64,000 nucleotides of DNA, taken from positions 130,604 to 194,603 of the forward strand of contig CAZCYO010000002.1 of NCBI GenBank assembly GCA_964503265.1, in the 5' to 3' direction. Below are positions 20,038-29,552 of this stretch, piece after piece. Under the pieces are notes generated by a model. It did no database searches. It worked only from the letters and a program-made list of their open reading frames with translations, and had not been told where the DNA came from. The number at the start of each line of letters is the position of its first letter. Position 1 is the first letter of the stretch. The position numbers and the translations under genes are program-made. Origin of the DNA: an uncultured Gammaproteobacteria bacterium. Lineage in GTDB: Bacteria; Patescibacteriota; Microgenomatia; Levybacterales; UBA12049.

Positions 20038-20147
20038 AGATAAGTAAAGTCAAAAAATGAAAAGTAAAAAACCAAAAACACAACTTAAAATACAAAAAGT
20101 TTTAACTTTTGATCTGTATTTTTGAATTTTGCATTTTGACTTTTAAC

Positions 20148-20660
20148 TTATTGCAGGAGTACTGTTTCTACTTCGACTGGCAGTTTGTCCATAGTTACTA
20201 CGTATTTTGGTACTTCTTGGAGTGCGCCTTTAGCCACTTTTTCTGCAACTTCTTTTCCTTTATCACCGTAGAACACAAGAGTATTTGTCACAAGTGTTGA
20301 GGCAAAACTTGGATCACTTACTGTATCTGCAAAAATAACAACTATTTGGTGCTCACCAAGTTTACTTTGCATTCGTTCAAGTGCTGTTATTTTTCCAATT
20401 ACTACGTCAATCCCATCCATCGAAAAACTATGTGCAAGATCAGGTCCGTTTCTGTATGTTGAGATTTTTATGCTACTTACTTCAAAATCTCCAGGTCCAT
20501 CAATCACAAGTACATCTTCTTTAATAGACTCGCCTGTTTCATCATAGGTATACAGTAATAATGCATTCACTCCTACTGAGACATCTGAAGATCCGACAAC
20601 GAGCGTTGCTTGTTTCCCTTTGATTCGAATACCACCTTTTGGTAAGACTGCAAATTCCAT
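20148..20660 (-). CDS. hypothetical protein
   Basis: 170-aa soluble ORF; no confident family assignment. Confidence 0.4.
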   Translation of the reverse strand: MEFAVLPKGGIRIKGKQATLVVGSSDVSVGVNALLLYTYDETGESIKEDVLVIDGPGDFEVSSIKISTYRNGPDLAHSFSMDGIDVVIGKITALERMQSKLGEHQIVVIFADTVSDPSFASTLVTNTLVFYGDKGKEVAEKVAKGALQEVPKYVVTMDKLPVEVETVLLQ

Positions 20661-20787
20661 GTATACTATACTAACATAGCGACCTATTCCTTGACAAGGA
20701 AAATCAATGAATGTATTATAGGCATGGTTACATTTTGAGCCTCAACCCTCCTACCCGACAGGCTTAAAAAGTGCATAAATTCTTGCC

Positions 20788-21237
20788 TTGTACACAGGCA
20801 CACTATATATGAAATCTGAGCGTTTTATCCTGTCCATCATCGCCATTATTATTGGACTTCTGGTCGCAGGGGGAGGATTTTATATTTTTCAAATGACTAA
20901 GTCTATTCCAGGTCCGAGTAACGTTACTGTTAAAACGACAACTCCATCTCCGACGCCTGATTTAAGCGGATACTATATAACAGTCGATACTCCCGCAGAT
21001 GAGTCTGTAACAGATAAACGAACAGTTACTATTTCTGGAAAAACGCTTCCGGATGCGACGATAACAATTGCGAGTGAAAGCGATATAGAAGTCGTAAAGC
21101 CTTCAGGAACAGGAGCTTACACAGTGACACAAACTATTGATACTGGTACAACTACATTTCGAATTTCAGCCATATTTAGTAATGGCTATGAGAAAAGTAT
21201 CACAAGAACGATAACGTACTCGACAGAAACATTTTAA
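20788..21237 (+). CDS. hypothetical membrane-anchored/secreted protein
   Basis: N-terminal TM helix, Thr/Ser-rich extracellular part. Confidence 0.4.
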   Translation: MYTGTLYMKSERFILSIIAIIIGLLVAGGGFYIFQMTKSIPGPSNVTVKTTTPSPTPDLSGYYITVDTPADESVTDKRTVTISGKTLPDATITIASESDIEVVKPSGTGAYTVTQTIDTGTTTFRISAIFSNGYEKSITRTITYSTETF

Positions 21238-21308
21238 TAACTTTTAATTTGAAATTACAAATTTGAAATCAAATTAAAATGTTTTAAAACGTAATTATTT
21301 ATAATTCA

Positions 21309-22106
21309 ATGAAAATTAAAAATTTAAAATTAAAAATTATCTTTATTCTTACTATTATCTTCTACCTTCTATCTCCTATCTCAATAGATGCTGCTACTCC
21401 ATCAACAACTCCCCCGCCAACTGCGATACAAGATAAGCTTATTAATCAAATTAACGATCTAAAAGAAAAAATTGCTTCAAAAGTAGCACAATTAAAACTA
21501 GTCGATAAACGTGCAATTATCGGAACAGTCGTCGATAAAACAAATACGCAAATTACCATCGATGATTTAAATAATCAAACTCGGTTCATCGACGTTGATG
21601 AAATTACGAAATTTTCAGGTCCTGATGCTTCATCCTCTTTTGGCATTTCTGATATAACCAAGGGGACAAACATTACCATTTTAGGGTTATATAACAAAGA
21701 ATCACGCAGAATTACAGCACGATTCATAAATACTATTACGCTCACACGTTTTATTAGTGGCGCAGTTGTTTCACTAAATAAAGATGAAGGAACATTTAAA
21801 GTAATTGATGAAGATGGTAGACAGTCAACAATTGACGTAGAAAATGTTACCAAAACATCAGCTTATCTCAAAGACGGAACACTTGAAAAAAGTGGATTTT
21901 CTAAAATAACTGTTGGTTCGAGAGTTACACTTGCTGGATATACAGATAAAAAAGATACATCGATGATTATCGCAACAAGAGTCATTTTATTTCCAGATCT
22001 TCCCAAAAATCCTAAAATAATTATTCCCGATGGTGGAGTTCTTGATAACGGTCAAGAACCTGTAACATCAAGTGGTAGTGGGAAAAAATTAACTCCAATT
22101 AAATAA
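21309..22106 (+). CDS. hypothetical secreted protein
   Basis: N-terminal signal/TM segment and Pro/Thr linker. Confidence 0.4.
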   Translation: MKIKNLKLKIIFILTIIFYLLSPISIDAATPSTTPPPTAIQDKLINQINDLKEKIASKVAQLKLVDKRAIIGTVVDKTNTQITIDDLNNQTRFIDVDEITKFSGPDASSSFGISDITKGTNITILGLYNKESRRITARFINTITLTRFISGAVVSLNKDEGTFKVIDEDGRQSTIDVENVTKTSAYLKDGTLEKSGFSKITVGSRVTLAGYTDKKDTSMIIATRVILFPDLPKNPKIIIPDGGVLDNGQEPVTSSGSGKKLTPIK

Positions 22107-22113
22107 TTTTTCT

Positions 22114-23217
22114 ATGAATCTTGAAACACGTTTTCGTGCACTTCAAACATTTTTAAACACATCTGAACTTGATGCTGTGTTTATTTCCTCTGTTTCAAAT
22201 ATCGTGTATTTAACTGGTTACGAAGGATTCTCCAAAGAAGAACGAGAAGCGTATCTACTGATTACAAAACGAAAAAAATATATCTTCACAGATGGAAGAT
22301 ATAGTACTGCAGTAAGAGATGAGATAGATGACTTTCAACTCGTTGAATCATCAAGTACGTCACCTTTTTTAAGTAATTTAGAAAAAATCGTGCAAAAAGC
22401 AAAAATAGAGTCAATTGGTATTGAAGTTGATGACCTGAGAGTGAGTGAATATAAAGCTATTTCTCCGCTATTTCCCAAAAAGAAAAGCATTTCTTTAAGT
22501 AAACTCCGAGAAAAAAAAGATGATGAAGAAACAATGCGAATTAAAAAAGCATGTCAGATTGGAGACAAGACCTATGCATATATACTCTCTCGTCTCAAAG
22601 CTGATCAAACTGAAAAACAAGTAGCTGCCGAAATGGAATACGTCATGAAGAGACAAAACGCAGCTCCTTCGTTTCGAACCATTGTCGCCAGTGGGAAAAA
22701 CTCATCAATCCCTCACCATATGACAAGTGAAAAAAAACTCCAAAAGAATGCTTTTCTGCTTTTTGACTTTGGGGTAACCTATGATATGTATTGTTCTGAT
22801 ATGACCAGAACTGTTGTGTTTGGAAAAGCGACAAACGAACATAGAAAAATATACGCTACTGTCTTATTAGCACAACAAAAAGCAATTGATTATATCGAAC
22901 ATTCTCTTAGTACAAATAAGCCATGCTCAGCTCATCAAGCAGATAGTGTCGCTCGATCAACAATAGAGAGCGCTGGATATCCGACAATTCCCCATTCACT
23001 CGGGCACGGAATTGGTGTCGAAGTTCACGAACTCCCTCGTCTTTCTCCACATTCAAAAAGTATCCTAACTGAAGGAATGGTATTCTCAATCGAACCGGGA
23101 ATTTATCTCCCAGACCTAGGCGGTGTACGTATCGAAGATCTGTTTACGATTCAAGGAAATAAACTCATTCAACTTACTAAAGCACCTAAAAAAGAGTTAT
23201 TAGAAATTGAGATTTGA
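22114..23217 (+). CDS. M24-family Xaa-Pro aminopeptidase
   Basis: Metal-ligand motifs ...HSLGHGIGVEVHE... and pita-bread fold pattern; N-terminal creatinase-like domain. Confidence 0.8.
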   Translation: MNLETRFRALQTFLNTSELDAVFISSVSNIVYLTGYEGFSKEEREAYLLITKRKKYIFTDGRYSTAVRDEIDDFQLVESSSTSPFLSNLEKIVQKAKIESIGIEVDDLRVSEYKAISPLFPKKKSISLSKLREKKDDEETMRIKKACQIGDKTYAYILSRLKADQTEKQVAAEMEYVMKRQNAAPSFRTIVASGKNSSIPHHMTSEKKLQKNAFLLFDFGVTYDMYCSDMTRTVVFGKATNEHRKIYATVLLAQQKAIDYIEHSLSTNKPCSAHQADSVARSTIESAGYPTIPHSLGHGIGVEVHELPRLSPHSKSILTEGMVFSIEPGIYLPDLGGVRIEDLFTIQGNKLIQLTKAPKKELLEIEI

Positions 23218-23226
23218 GCTTATAAT

Positions 23227-23255
23227 TTGACAACATAATCATTCTTGGATATAAT
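23227..23255 (+). promoter_or_regulatory. consensus sigma70-type promoter (TTGACA-17 nt-TATAAT) for the his leader
   Basis: TTGACA at 23227-23232 and TATAAT at 23250-23255, with exact 17-nt spacing. Confidence 0.6.
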
Positions 23256-23262
23256 TTGGTTA

Positions 23263-23510
23263 CAATTTAGAAAAAGCGTTACTACTGGAGTCACGATCCA
23301 GGACCCACTTCGCTAATCCCGATATATTCGAGACTAAAGATACGAAGGTGGGACGATGATCTTCAAAATAAGATACGGAAGTTTAACCGTTAAATTGAAC
23401 AGACGATGTCGCGTAAGCGGAGTCGCCACTAAGAGCTTTTTGGAGTAATCCGAAAAGAAAAAGGATGGGACCGCGAGAGGTCCTTTTTTATTACCTCTCG
23501 TTCCTTTTTC
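23263..23510 (+). promoter_or_regulatory. probable T-box riboswitch leader (His-specific) controlling hisG-hisE-hisS
   Basis: T-box-like sequence AAAAAGGAUGGGACCGCG at 23457-23475 against consensus AAUUAGGGUGGNACCGCG. The UGGG bulge is complementary to the CCCA 3' end of tRNA-His. The downstream 8-bp helix is mutually exclusive with it, and a CAC triplet sits in the loop of an upstream hairpin (CUGGA-GUCACGA-UCCAG). Confidence 0.55.
23474..23510 (+). terminator. leader terminator (CGAGAGGU...ACCUCUCG + UUCCUUUUUC)
   Basis: 8-bp perfect helix followed by a U-rich tract; the 5' strand overlaps the 3' half of the T-box sequence. Confidence 0.5.
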
Positions 23511-23551
23511 ATTACAGTATGTGTAGTGGAAAAAGAACGTGAGGTTTTTTT

Positions 23552-24427
23552 ATGGAAAAATTAAATAGTAATAATATAAAAATTGCAGTTCAAAAAGATG
23601 GTCGACTCACTGAGAAAACCTTCAGTTTTTTGCGCAGTGCGGGGCTTGAGTTTGAAACGTATAAGAAAAAACTCTTCGCAGTCTGTCGGAATTTTCCACT
23701 TGAGATTCTCTATGTTCGTGATGATGATATCCCCTATTATGTCGAAACAGGAATCGCTGATTTAGGAATTGTCGGACAAAATTTATTAACAGAACTTGAC
23801 TCGGATGTGACAGAACTTCTTCCACTGGAATTTGGTTACTGTTCACTTGGTGTAGCAGTTCTTAAAGAATCAGATATTACGTCACTTTCAGATTTAGAAG
23901 GATGTAAAATCGCGACATCGTATCCAAATAGTACAAAAAAGTTTTTTGATGACAAAAATATTTCTGTTGAAACAGTGATGATTAGTGGATCTGTCGAGAT
24001 CGCACCGACACTCGGTGTCGCATCAGCGATCGTCGATATCGTCGCAACAGGTAGTACACTCGCACTGAACGATTTAAAACTCTTAACTAAACTCTATGAC
24101 TGCGAAGCGGTACTTATCGCAACAAAAAATATCAAAAGTAAACAAAAGAAAGAACTTATCAACTCACTAGTCACACGCTTTAACGGCGTACTTGCGGCTA
24201 AAAATTATAAATATATTATGATGAATGCTCCCAAAAGTATTTTACCGAAACTTAAAAAATACGTTCCTGGTCTTACTTCCCCTACTATCTCACCACTCGC
24301 AGATAGTAATTTTATTTCGATTCAATCAGTCGTTAAAGAAGATGTGTTCTGGGAAACAATGGAAACACTTAAAAAACTTGGCGCAAGTGGTATCATCGTA
24401 TTACCAATTGAAAAAATGATTATATAA
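23552..24427 (+). CDS. hisG: ATP phosphoribosyltransferase (long form)
   Basis: 291 aa; catalytic-domain motifs and a C-terminal regulatory domain. Confidence 0.85.
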   Translation: MEKLNSNNIKIAVQKDGRLTEKTFSFLRSAGLEFETYKKKLFAVCRNFPLEILYVRDDDIPYYVETGIADLGIVGQNLLTELDSDVTELLPLEFGYCSLGVAVLKESDITSLSDLEGCKIATSYPNSTKKFFDDKNISVETVMISGSVEIAPTLGVASAIVDIVATGSTLALNDLKLLTKLYDCEAVLIATKNIKSKQKKELINSLVTRFNGVLAAKNYKYIMMNAPKSILPKLKKYVPGLTSPTISPLADSNFISIQSVVKEDVFWETMETLKKLGASGIIVLPIEKMII

Positions 24428-24432
24428 ATACT

Positions 24433-24714
24433 ATGACACTTGAAAATCTCTATCAACTCATCGTTACACGGAAAGAAGAAATGCCTGAAAATTCCTACCT
24501 TACTTCCCTTTTTACAGAGGGCGACGATAGAATTATTCAAAAAGTTGGCGAGGAAGCAGTTGAGGTAGTAATCGCTGCAAAAGGAACTGATAAAGAACGA
24601 GTTATTTCTGAAATGGCTGATTTATGGTTTCACTCCCTCGTTCTTCTTGCTAACAAGGGTATTACGCCAGAAGATATTTTAGTAGAACTTGAAAAGCGAG
24701 ATAAAAAGAAATAA
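24433..24714 (+). CDS. hisE: phosphoribosyl-ATP pyrophosphatase
   Basis: 93 aa; ...EEAVEVVIAAKGTDKERVISEMADLWFHSLVLL... HisE/MazG-like motif. Confidence 0.8.
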   Translation: MTLENLYQLIVTRKEEMPENSYLTSLFTEGDDRIIQKVGEEAVEVVIAAKGTDKERVISEMADLWFHSLVLLANKGITPEDILVELEKRDKKK

Positions 24715-24736
24715 TTTCTGATATTATACAAATACT

Positions 24737-26005
24737 ATGATTACACAAACACTTAAAGGGTTTCGAGATTTTCTGCCGAAAGAAGCACTTAAACGCAAGT
24801 TCGTTATCGATACGATAACCTCAGTGTTCCAAAAATTTGGCTTTGACCCACTTGAAACACCAGCACTTGAATATGGTGAGGTCTTAACTGGAAAATATGG
24901 TGAAGAAGCAGATAAACTATTATATATGTTTACTGATCGTGGCGGACGAAACATAGGACTTCGATACGACCAAACAGTTCCACTCGCTCGTGTCGTCGCT
25001 GAATACCAAGATATTCCAAAACCATTTAAGAGATATCAGATACAACCTGTTTGGCGTGCTGAGAACACCCAAAAAGGACGATATCGTGAATTCCTCCAGT
25101 GTGATGCAGATATTATCGGCGATTCATATTCCCCGACGGCTGATGCTGAAATTTTATCTCTTCTTTATAGCGTTTATAACGCACTTGGTTTTAAAAAAAT
25201 TACCATTGTCGTAAATAGTCGACAAATACTACGTAAACTTATTAATGACTCACTTATGACTCCCCCATCTGAGGAGATATTCCTCTCTATCGTCCGCTCA
25301 ATTGATAAACTTGATAAAATTGCAGAAGAAGGTGTAAAAGCTGAATTACTCACCAAAGAAATTCCTGAAGCTGCAATAAACGAATTATTTACTAAGATTT
25401 CAAAGTGGTCTTCACTCACCTATAAAGAACTTGAATCAGTGGATAGTAATTTATACTCAAGTTTAAAAATGGCAATTGAGAATTTTCAAATTCCAGAAAC
25501 TGCGTTACTATTTAATCCTACGCTCGCTCGTGGACTAGATTACTACACAGGTATCATTTTTGAAGCTGTTGATGCTTCATATCCTGGATCTCTTGGTGGC
25601 GGAGGCAGATATGATAAGTTAATTGGAACATTTATTGGAAAAGATGTAACAGCTGTGGGATTTGCGATCGGTTTTGATCGCACTCTAGAAGTAGCGGAAA
25701 TGAATAACCTTATTTCGACTAACACTTCTGTCACAAAAGTACTGATCGCATATGAAGATGATACTGATACTATTTTTCCTCAAGCACTAAATCTAACTTC
25801 TACACTACGCGAGGAAAATATCAATACAGAAATGTACTTAAATCCTAAAGATAAACTCGATAAACAACTGAAATATGCTGATAAAAAAGGGATTCCCTAT
25901 GTAGTAATCGTCGAAAGCGAAAAGCTTACGCTCAAAGATATGACTACGGGAGAAAGAAAAGAAGTTAGTCTTGAAGCTGTGGTTAATACACTGAGACAAA
26001 CATAA
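24737..26005 (+). CDS. hisS: histidine--tRNA ligase
   Basis: Class II motif 2 (FKRYQIQPVWRAENTQKGRYREFLQCDADIIG), HisRS-specific GGGRYD motif, and C-terminal anticodon-binding domain. Confidence 0.9.
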   Translation: MITQTLKGFRDFLPKEALKRKFVIDTITSVFQKFGFDPLETPALEYGEVLTGKYGEEADKLLYMFTDRGGRNIGLRYDQTVPLARVVAEYQDIPKPFKRYQIQPVWRAENTQKGRYREFLQCDADIIGDSYSPTADAEILSLLYSVYNALGFKKITIVVNSRQILRKLINDSLMTPPSEEIFLSIVRSIDKLDKIAEEGVKAELLTKEIPEAAINELFTKISKWSSLTYKELESVDSNLYSSLKMAIENFQIPETALLFNPTLARGLDYYTGIIFEAVDASYPGSLGGGGRYDKLIGTFIGKDVTAVGFAIGFDRTLEVAEMNNLISTNTSVTKVLIAYEDDTDTIFPQALNLTSTLREENINTEMYLNPKDKLDKQLKYADKKGIPYVVIVESEKLTLKDMTTGERKEVSLEAVVNTLRQT

Positions 26006-26098
26006 CTTGTCATTCTGGAGAAGCAACGACTTCGATAGAATCCCAAACCATATGAGATCCTATCGCTTCGCTCCAGGACGACAGAATGAACTCCTGCC

Positions 26099-27019
26099 AT
26101 GTCTAATACTAAAAAAGCAATTATTGCACTCATTATCGCCAATACTATTTGGGGTGCGGCGTCCCCAGTCTTTAAATGGTCACTTGAGAATATTCATCCT
26201 TTCACCTTAGCTTTTTTACGCTTTGCAGGCTCTGCTGTACTATTATTTCCGCTATCGATCGGACACTTGAAAATGACTCGTCGGGATTTCATTAAGCTCT
26301 CGACGATGTCTTTAATAGGACTCTCACTTTCAATTCCAATCTTTTTTCTAGGCCTCCAACTCACTTCAAGCATTAACGCTCCTGTTATATCCTCATCTGG
26401 TCCAGTAATTCTTCTTATTGGAGCGATGATATTTTTAAAAGAACGGCCTAAGAAAAAAGTTATCATGGGAACGCTCATTAGTTTGGCTGGCGTGCTACTT
26501 ATTATCCTGCAACCAATCCTTAAAGAAGGGCTTGATGGCGGACTTACAGGCAATTTACTATTCGTTGCATCCACTATCGGAGGTGTCATTTATACCCTAC
26601 TTTTAAAAGAGTTGTTAAAAAAATATGAGGTAATACCTGTTCTTTTCTGGACGTTTACGATTGCTGCCATAACTACGATGCCATTTTTTTTAAACGAAGT
26701 ACATACGTATGGCTTCCTCCCACAATTAAATATACAAGGAATTGTAGGAATTTATTTTGGTGTGTTTTTCGCAGCAACTCTCGCATATCTTCTTTTCACA
26801 TACTCACTGAAGATCCTTGTCGCGAATGAGGTTGGCCTGTTCACCTATATTGACCCAGTCATAGCGGTGATTATCGCCATCCCGCTTCTCGGAGAAAAAG
26901 TAAACAGTATTTTTCTACTCGGGTCAGTCTTAGTATTTGGAGGTATTTTTATCTCAGAGAATCGTCTTCACTGGCACCCATTTTATTTACTCAGAAGAAC
27001 TTTCTCTAAAGAAAACTGA
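26099..27019 (+). CDS. EamA/DMT-superfamily transporter
   Basis: 10 TM helices as two EamA repeats. Confidence 0.75.
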   Translation: MSNTKKAIIALIIANTIWGAASPVFKWSLENIHPFTLAFLRFAGSAVLLFPLSIGHLKMTRRDFIKLSTMSLIGLSLSIPIFFLGLQLTSSINAPVISSSGPVILLIGAMIFLKERPKKKVIMGTLISLAGVLLIILQPILKEGLDGGLTGNLLFVASTIGGVIYTLLLKELLKKYEVIPVLFWTFTIAAITTMPFFLNEVHTYGFLPQLNIQGIVGIYFGVFFAATLAYLLFTYSLKILVANEVGLFTYIDPVIAVIIAIPLLGEKVNSIFLLGSVLVFGGIFISENRLHWHPFYLLRRTFSKEN

Positions 27020-27610
27020 GCGCACTTTTCTCAGTCCACGAGACACTCGAGATTTAACAGTGCCCTTGGGCACTTCTAACTGCTCTGCCATTTCTTCATA
27101 GGATAACCCTTTTGCAAAAAGCGTCACTGCTTCTAGTTGTCCATCGTCTTCTAAACAGTTAATTGACTCATGAATACGAATCCAATCATCAGAGTGTAAG
27201 ACTAATTCTTCTGCAGATGGTGATATCGCAGGAGATTCTTTGTTTTTTTGAATTCGAGCAGCAAGTAATTCATCTTCACCGGTAACTTCGCGTTCTCTTC
27301 TCACCCTTCCTCCTCTAAAATAATCTATTCGAGCATTATATTGTGTTACAGAGTACCAATGTTCAAGAGGAGCTGCACCAGTATAGGTACCAAGCCCGAC
27401 AATCGCCCGAATCGCACCTTCTTGAGTCGCATCTTCAGCGTCTTCAACTGTCATACCACGATTAACTCCAGCTGTTACCGTCTCTTTCCAGTTTTTTTCA
27501 TATATAACAGCTACGTCTTCAGGCGTTGGACGCCACTGCGAAAAGTGAGAAATTGTTTCATTATTTTTTGCCATAGCGGATATTATAGGATGGTATTTTG
27601 ATAGCGTCAA
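26987..27610 (-). CDS. ECF-type sigma-70 family RNA polymerase sigma factor
   Basis: Region 4 HTH LSYEEMAEQLEVPKGTVKSRVSRGLRKV and a region-2-like segment; true start may be the internal Met at 27574. The 3' end overlaps the convergent EamA gene by ~30 nt. Confidence 0.7.
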   Translation of the reverse strand: MTLSKYHPIISAMAKNNETISHFSQWRPTPEDVAVIYEKNWKETVTAGVNRGMTVEDAEDATQEGAIRAIVGLGTYTGAAPLEHWYSVTQYNARIDYFRGGRVRREREVTGEDELLAARIQKNKESPAISPSAEELVLHSDDWIRIHESINCLEDDGQLEAVTLFAKGLSYEEMAEQLEVPKGTVKSRVSRGLRKVRSVFFRESSSE

Positions 27611-27666
27611 GCAGCGTTATCGTCACTCTTGCCTCTGTTTGACAAATACGCTATAATAGTTCGAGT

Positions 27667-27966
27667 ATGAAAGTCGGAATTCACCCACATTATAATTCAG
27701 CAGCACAAGTAACTTGTGTTTGTGGTAACAAGTTCACTGTAGGTTCAACTCAAGATGTTATTCACGTTGAGCTTTGTAGTAAATGTCATCCATTCTATAC
27801 AGGCGAACAGCGATTCGTTGACACAGCATCACGTATTCAGAAATTCCAAAAGAAACAAGAAGTTGCAGCACAATTCAAAGTTACGATTAAAGCGAAAGTT
27901 GACGAAAAGAAACGAGCAGAAGACGCACCTAAATCTCTTCGAGAGATGCTTATGGGCACGAAATAG
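27667..27966 (+). CDS. rpmE: 50S ribosomal protein L31
   Basis: MKVGIHPHY...CxC...[10 protein letters not shown] zinc-ribbon L31 pattern. Confidence 0.85.
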   Translation: MKVGIHPHYNSAAQVTCVCGNKFTVGSTQDVIHVELCSKCHPFYTGEQRFVDTASRIQKFQKKQEVAAQFKVTIKAKVDEKKRAEDAPKSLREMLMGTK

Positions 27967-28129
27967 TTATCCCCTTCTCTTTGTGTTAACAATAACTCCA
28001 TTTATGCACACACATCTTTTAGTTTTCAACGAAGTATCAAGTATAATGTATTACGTATCATGTATATAATACATGCTTTAAATTTTGCTTTATACTTAAT
28101 ACATACTACTTGATACCTAATACAAAATC

Positions 28130-29035
28130 ATGAATGACTATCGCTACACACAAATCGCTGAACTTGAGGCTAAAATTGAGGAAACTCGAGCACTTCTTGA
28201 AGATCCGACTCTTACAGAACTTGCTGAAGCTGAAATTGCGGAGCTTGAAGCTCAGAAGAAAGCTATCGAAGATACGATGATTCCTGATCCAGCCGAAGAA
28301 GCAGCTGATCTGGACAATCGAAATATTATTCTTGAAGTAAAAGGTGCAGCAGGTGGAGATGAAGCGACATTATTCGCACAGGAACTACTTCGCATGTATG
28401 TACGATACTGTGAACTTAATGGCTTCAAATTTGAACAGGTTGACGATCTCGTTATCAAAATCGCTGGAAAAGAACCATTTAAAACATTTAAATATGAATC
28501 TGGAGTTCACCGTGTTCAGAGAGTTCCTAAAACTGAGAAAAAAGGACGAGTTCACACTTCCACAGCCACAGTGTCAGTTCTTCCAGAACTTGAAGATATT
28601 GATTTACATATCAGCCCAGATGATATCGAATTTGCAGCGTTTCGTTCAGGCGGACATGGCGGACAGAACGTAAATAAAGTATCGACCGCCGTTCGAATCG
28701 TTCACAAACCATCAGGAATTGCTGTGGTATCTTCATCTGAACGATCTCAAATCCAAAATCGCGAAATCGCTATGGCGCTACTTCGTGCGAAGTTATGGGA
28801 AATTAAAGTGACTGAGCAAAACGAAGAAATCGCATCACTCAGATCCACACAAGTTGGACGAGGAAATCGCTCTGAAAAAATTAAAACATATAACTTCCCC
28901 CAGGACCGCCTCACTGATCACAGACTTGGCAAATCATGGGGAAATCTCCCAGTCATTATGGACGGATATATTCCAGAAGCTGATTACTCACAACTTGAAG
29001 AAGGTGCACCGTTAGTAGACTCTGAAGAAGAGTAA
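28130..29035 (+). CDS. prfA: peptide chain release factor 1 (tripeptide motif PKT)
   Basis: GGQ motif (RSGGHGGQNVNK). The RVQRVPKTEKKGRVHTS region matches the RF1 pattern with PKT; no SPF (RF2) motif. Confidence 0.85.
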   Translation: MNDYRYTQIAELEAKIEETRALLEDPTLTELAEAEIAELEAQKKAIEDTMIPDPAEEAADLDNRNIILEVKGAAGGDEATLFAQELLRMYVRYCELNGFKFEQVDDLVIKIAGKEPFKTFKYESGVHRVQRVPKTEKKGRVHTSTATVSVLPELEDIDLHISPDDIEFAAFRSGGHGGQNVNKVSTAVRIVHKPSGIAVVSSSERSQIQNREIAMALLRAKLWEIKVTEQNEEIASLRSTQVGRGNRSEKIKTYNFPQDRLTDHRLGKSWGNLPVIMDGYIPEADYSQLEEGAPLVDSEEE

Positions 29036-29048
29036 TCGTTAATCGGTG

Positions 29049-29063
29049 TCGATACTCGTATCG
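29049..29063. repeat. palindrome TCGATAC-TC-GTATCG flanking the four-helix-bundle gene (3' side)
   Basis: Read directly. Partner copy TCGATAC-GA-GTATCGA at 29481..29497. Confidence 0.5.
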
Positions 29064-29098
29064 TGAGGTGGTTAAGAAGTTGGTCTTTTAAATGATGT

Positions 29099-29470
29099 TC
29101 AAGACATACTGAGTTTATATAATTGCCTGCTTGATTTGTCATATACATCTATTAATTCATTTATTAACTTTTCGTTAATATTATAAATATCTTTACACTG
29201 TTCTAAACTTACGATTGACTCATTACTCTCACCCATTGCATCGTCTAAATATTTTTGAAAACCCATCTTTTGATGCCTTTTTGCATACCCTTCTGCAATA
29301 AGCCGTGGGATTGCTTTACACGATCTACTTAGTTGATCAGTCAAGTCAAACTTTTCCGATTTAGAAAGAAGAAGGATAATATCTTTCACAATAATAAGCA
29401 TTGATTTATATGTGTTTTGGTAGACCTCTAAATCACGAAAGCTAGTAATTGGTTTTCTTACCGTTTCCAT
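29099..29470 (-). CDS. four-helix-bundle protein ('23S rRNA intervening-sequence protein' / Avd-like family)
   Basis: Characteristic ...SRSCKAIPRLIAEGYAKRHQK... (IPxNIAEG-like) motif; ~120 aa. Confidence 0.7.
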   Translation of the reverse strand: METVRKPITSFRDLEVYQNTYKSMLIIVKDIILLLSKSEKFDLTDQLSRSCKAIPRLIAEGYAKRHQKMGFQKYLDDAMGESNESIVSLEQCKDIYNINEKLINELIDVYDKSSRQLYKLSMS

Positions 29471-29480
29471 AAAACGCTAA

Positions 29481-29497
29481 TCGATACGAGTATCGAT
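29481..29497. repeat. palindrome TCGATAC-GA-GTATCGA flanking the four-helix-bundle gene (5' side, 11 nt from its start codon)
   Basis: Read directly. Confidence 0.5.
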
Positions 29498-29552
29498 ACC
29501 GACAAACATAAGAGCTTGCACCGACTTCCCCACTTTGCTACTATATTCCCCC

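Noticed and set aside
347-26589. Numerous 60-140-aa ORFs antisense to or nested in long annotated genes (e.g. 347..532, 8887..9099, 19109..19522, 26194..26589)
   Set aside because: Embedded in well-supported conserved genes on the opposite strand or another frame; no independent signals.
28130-29035. Possible genetic-code reassignment suggested by RF1 carrying PKT and no RF2 in window
   Set aside because: All long ORFs read through without UGA interruptions under the standard code; a single release factor in 64 kb says nothing about RF2 absence.
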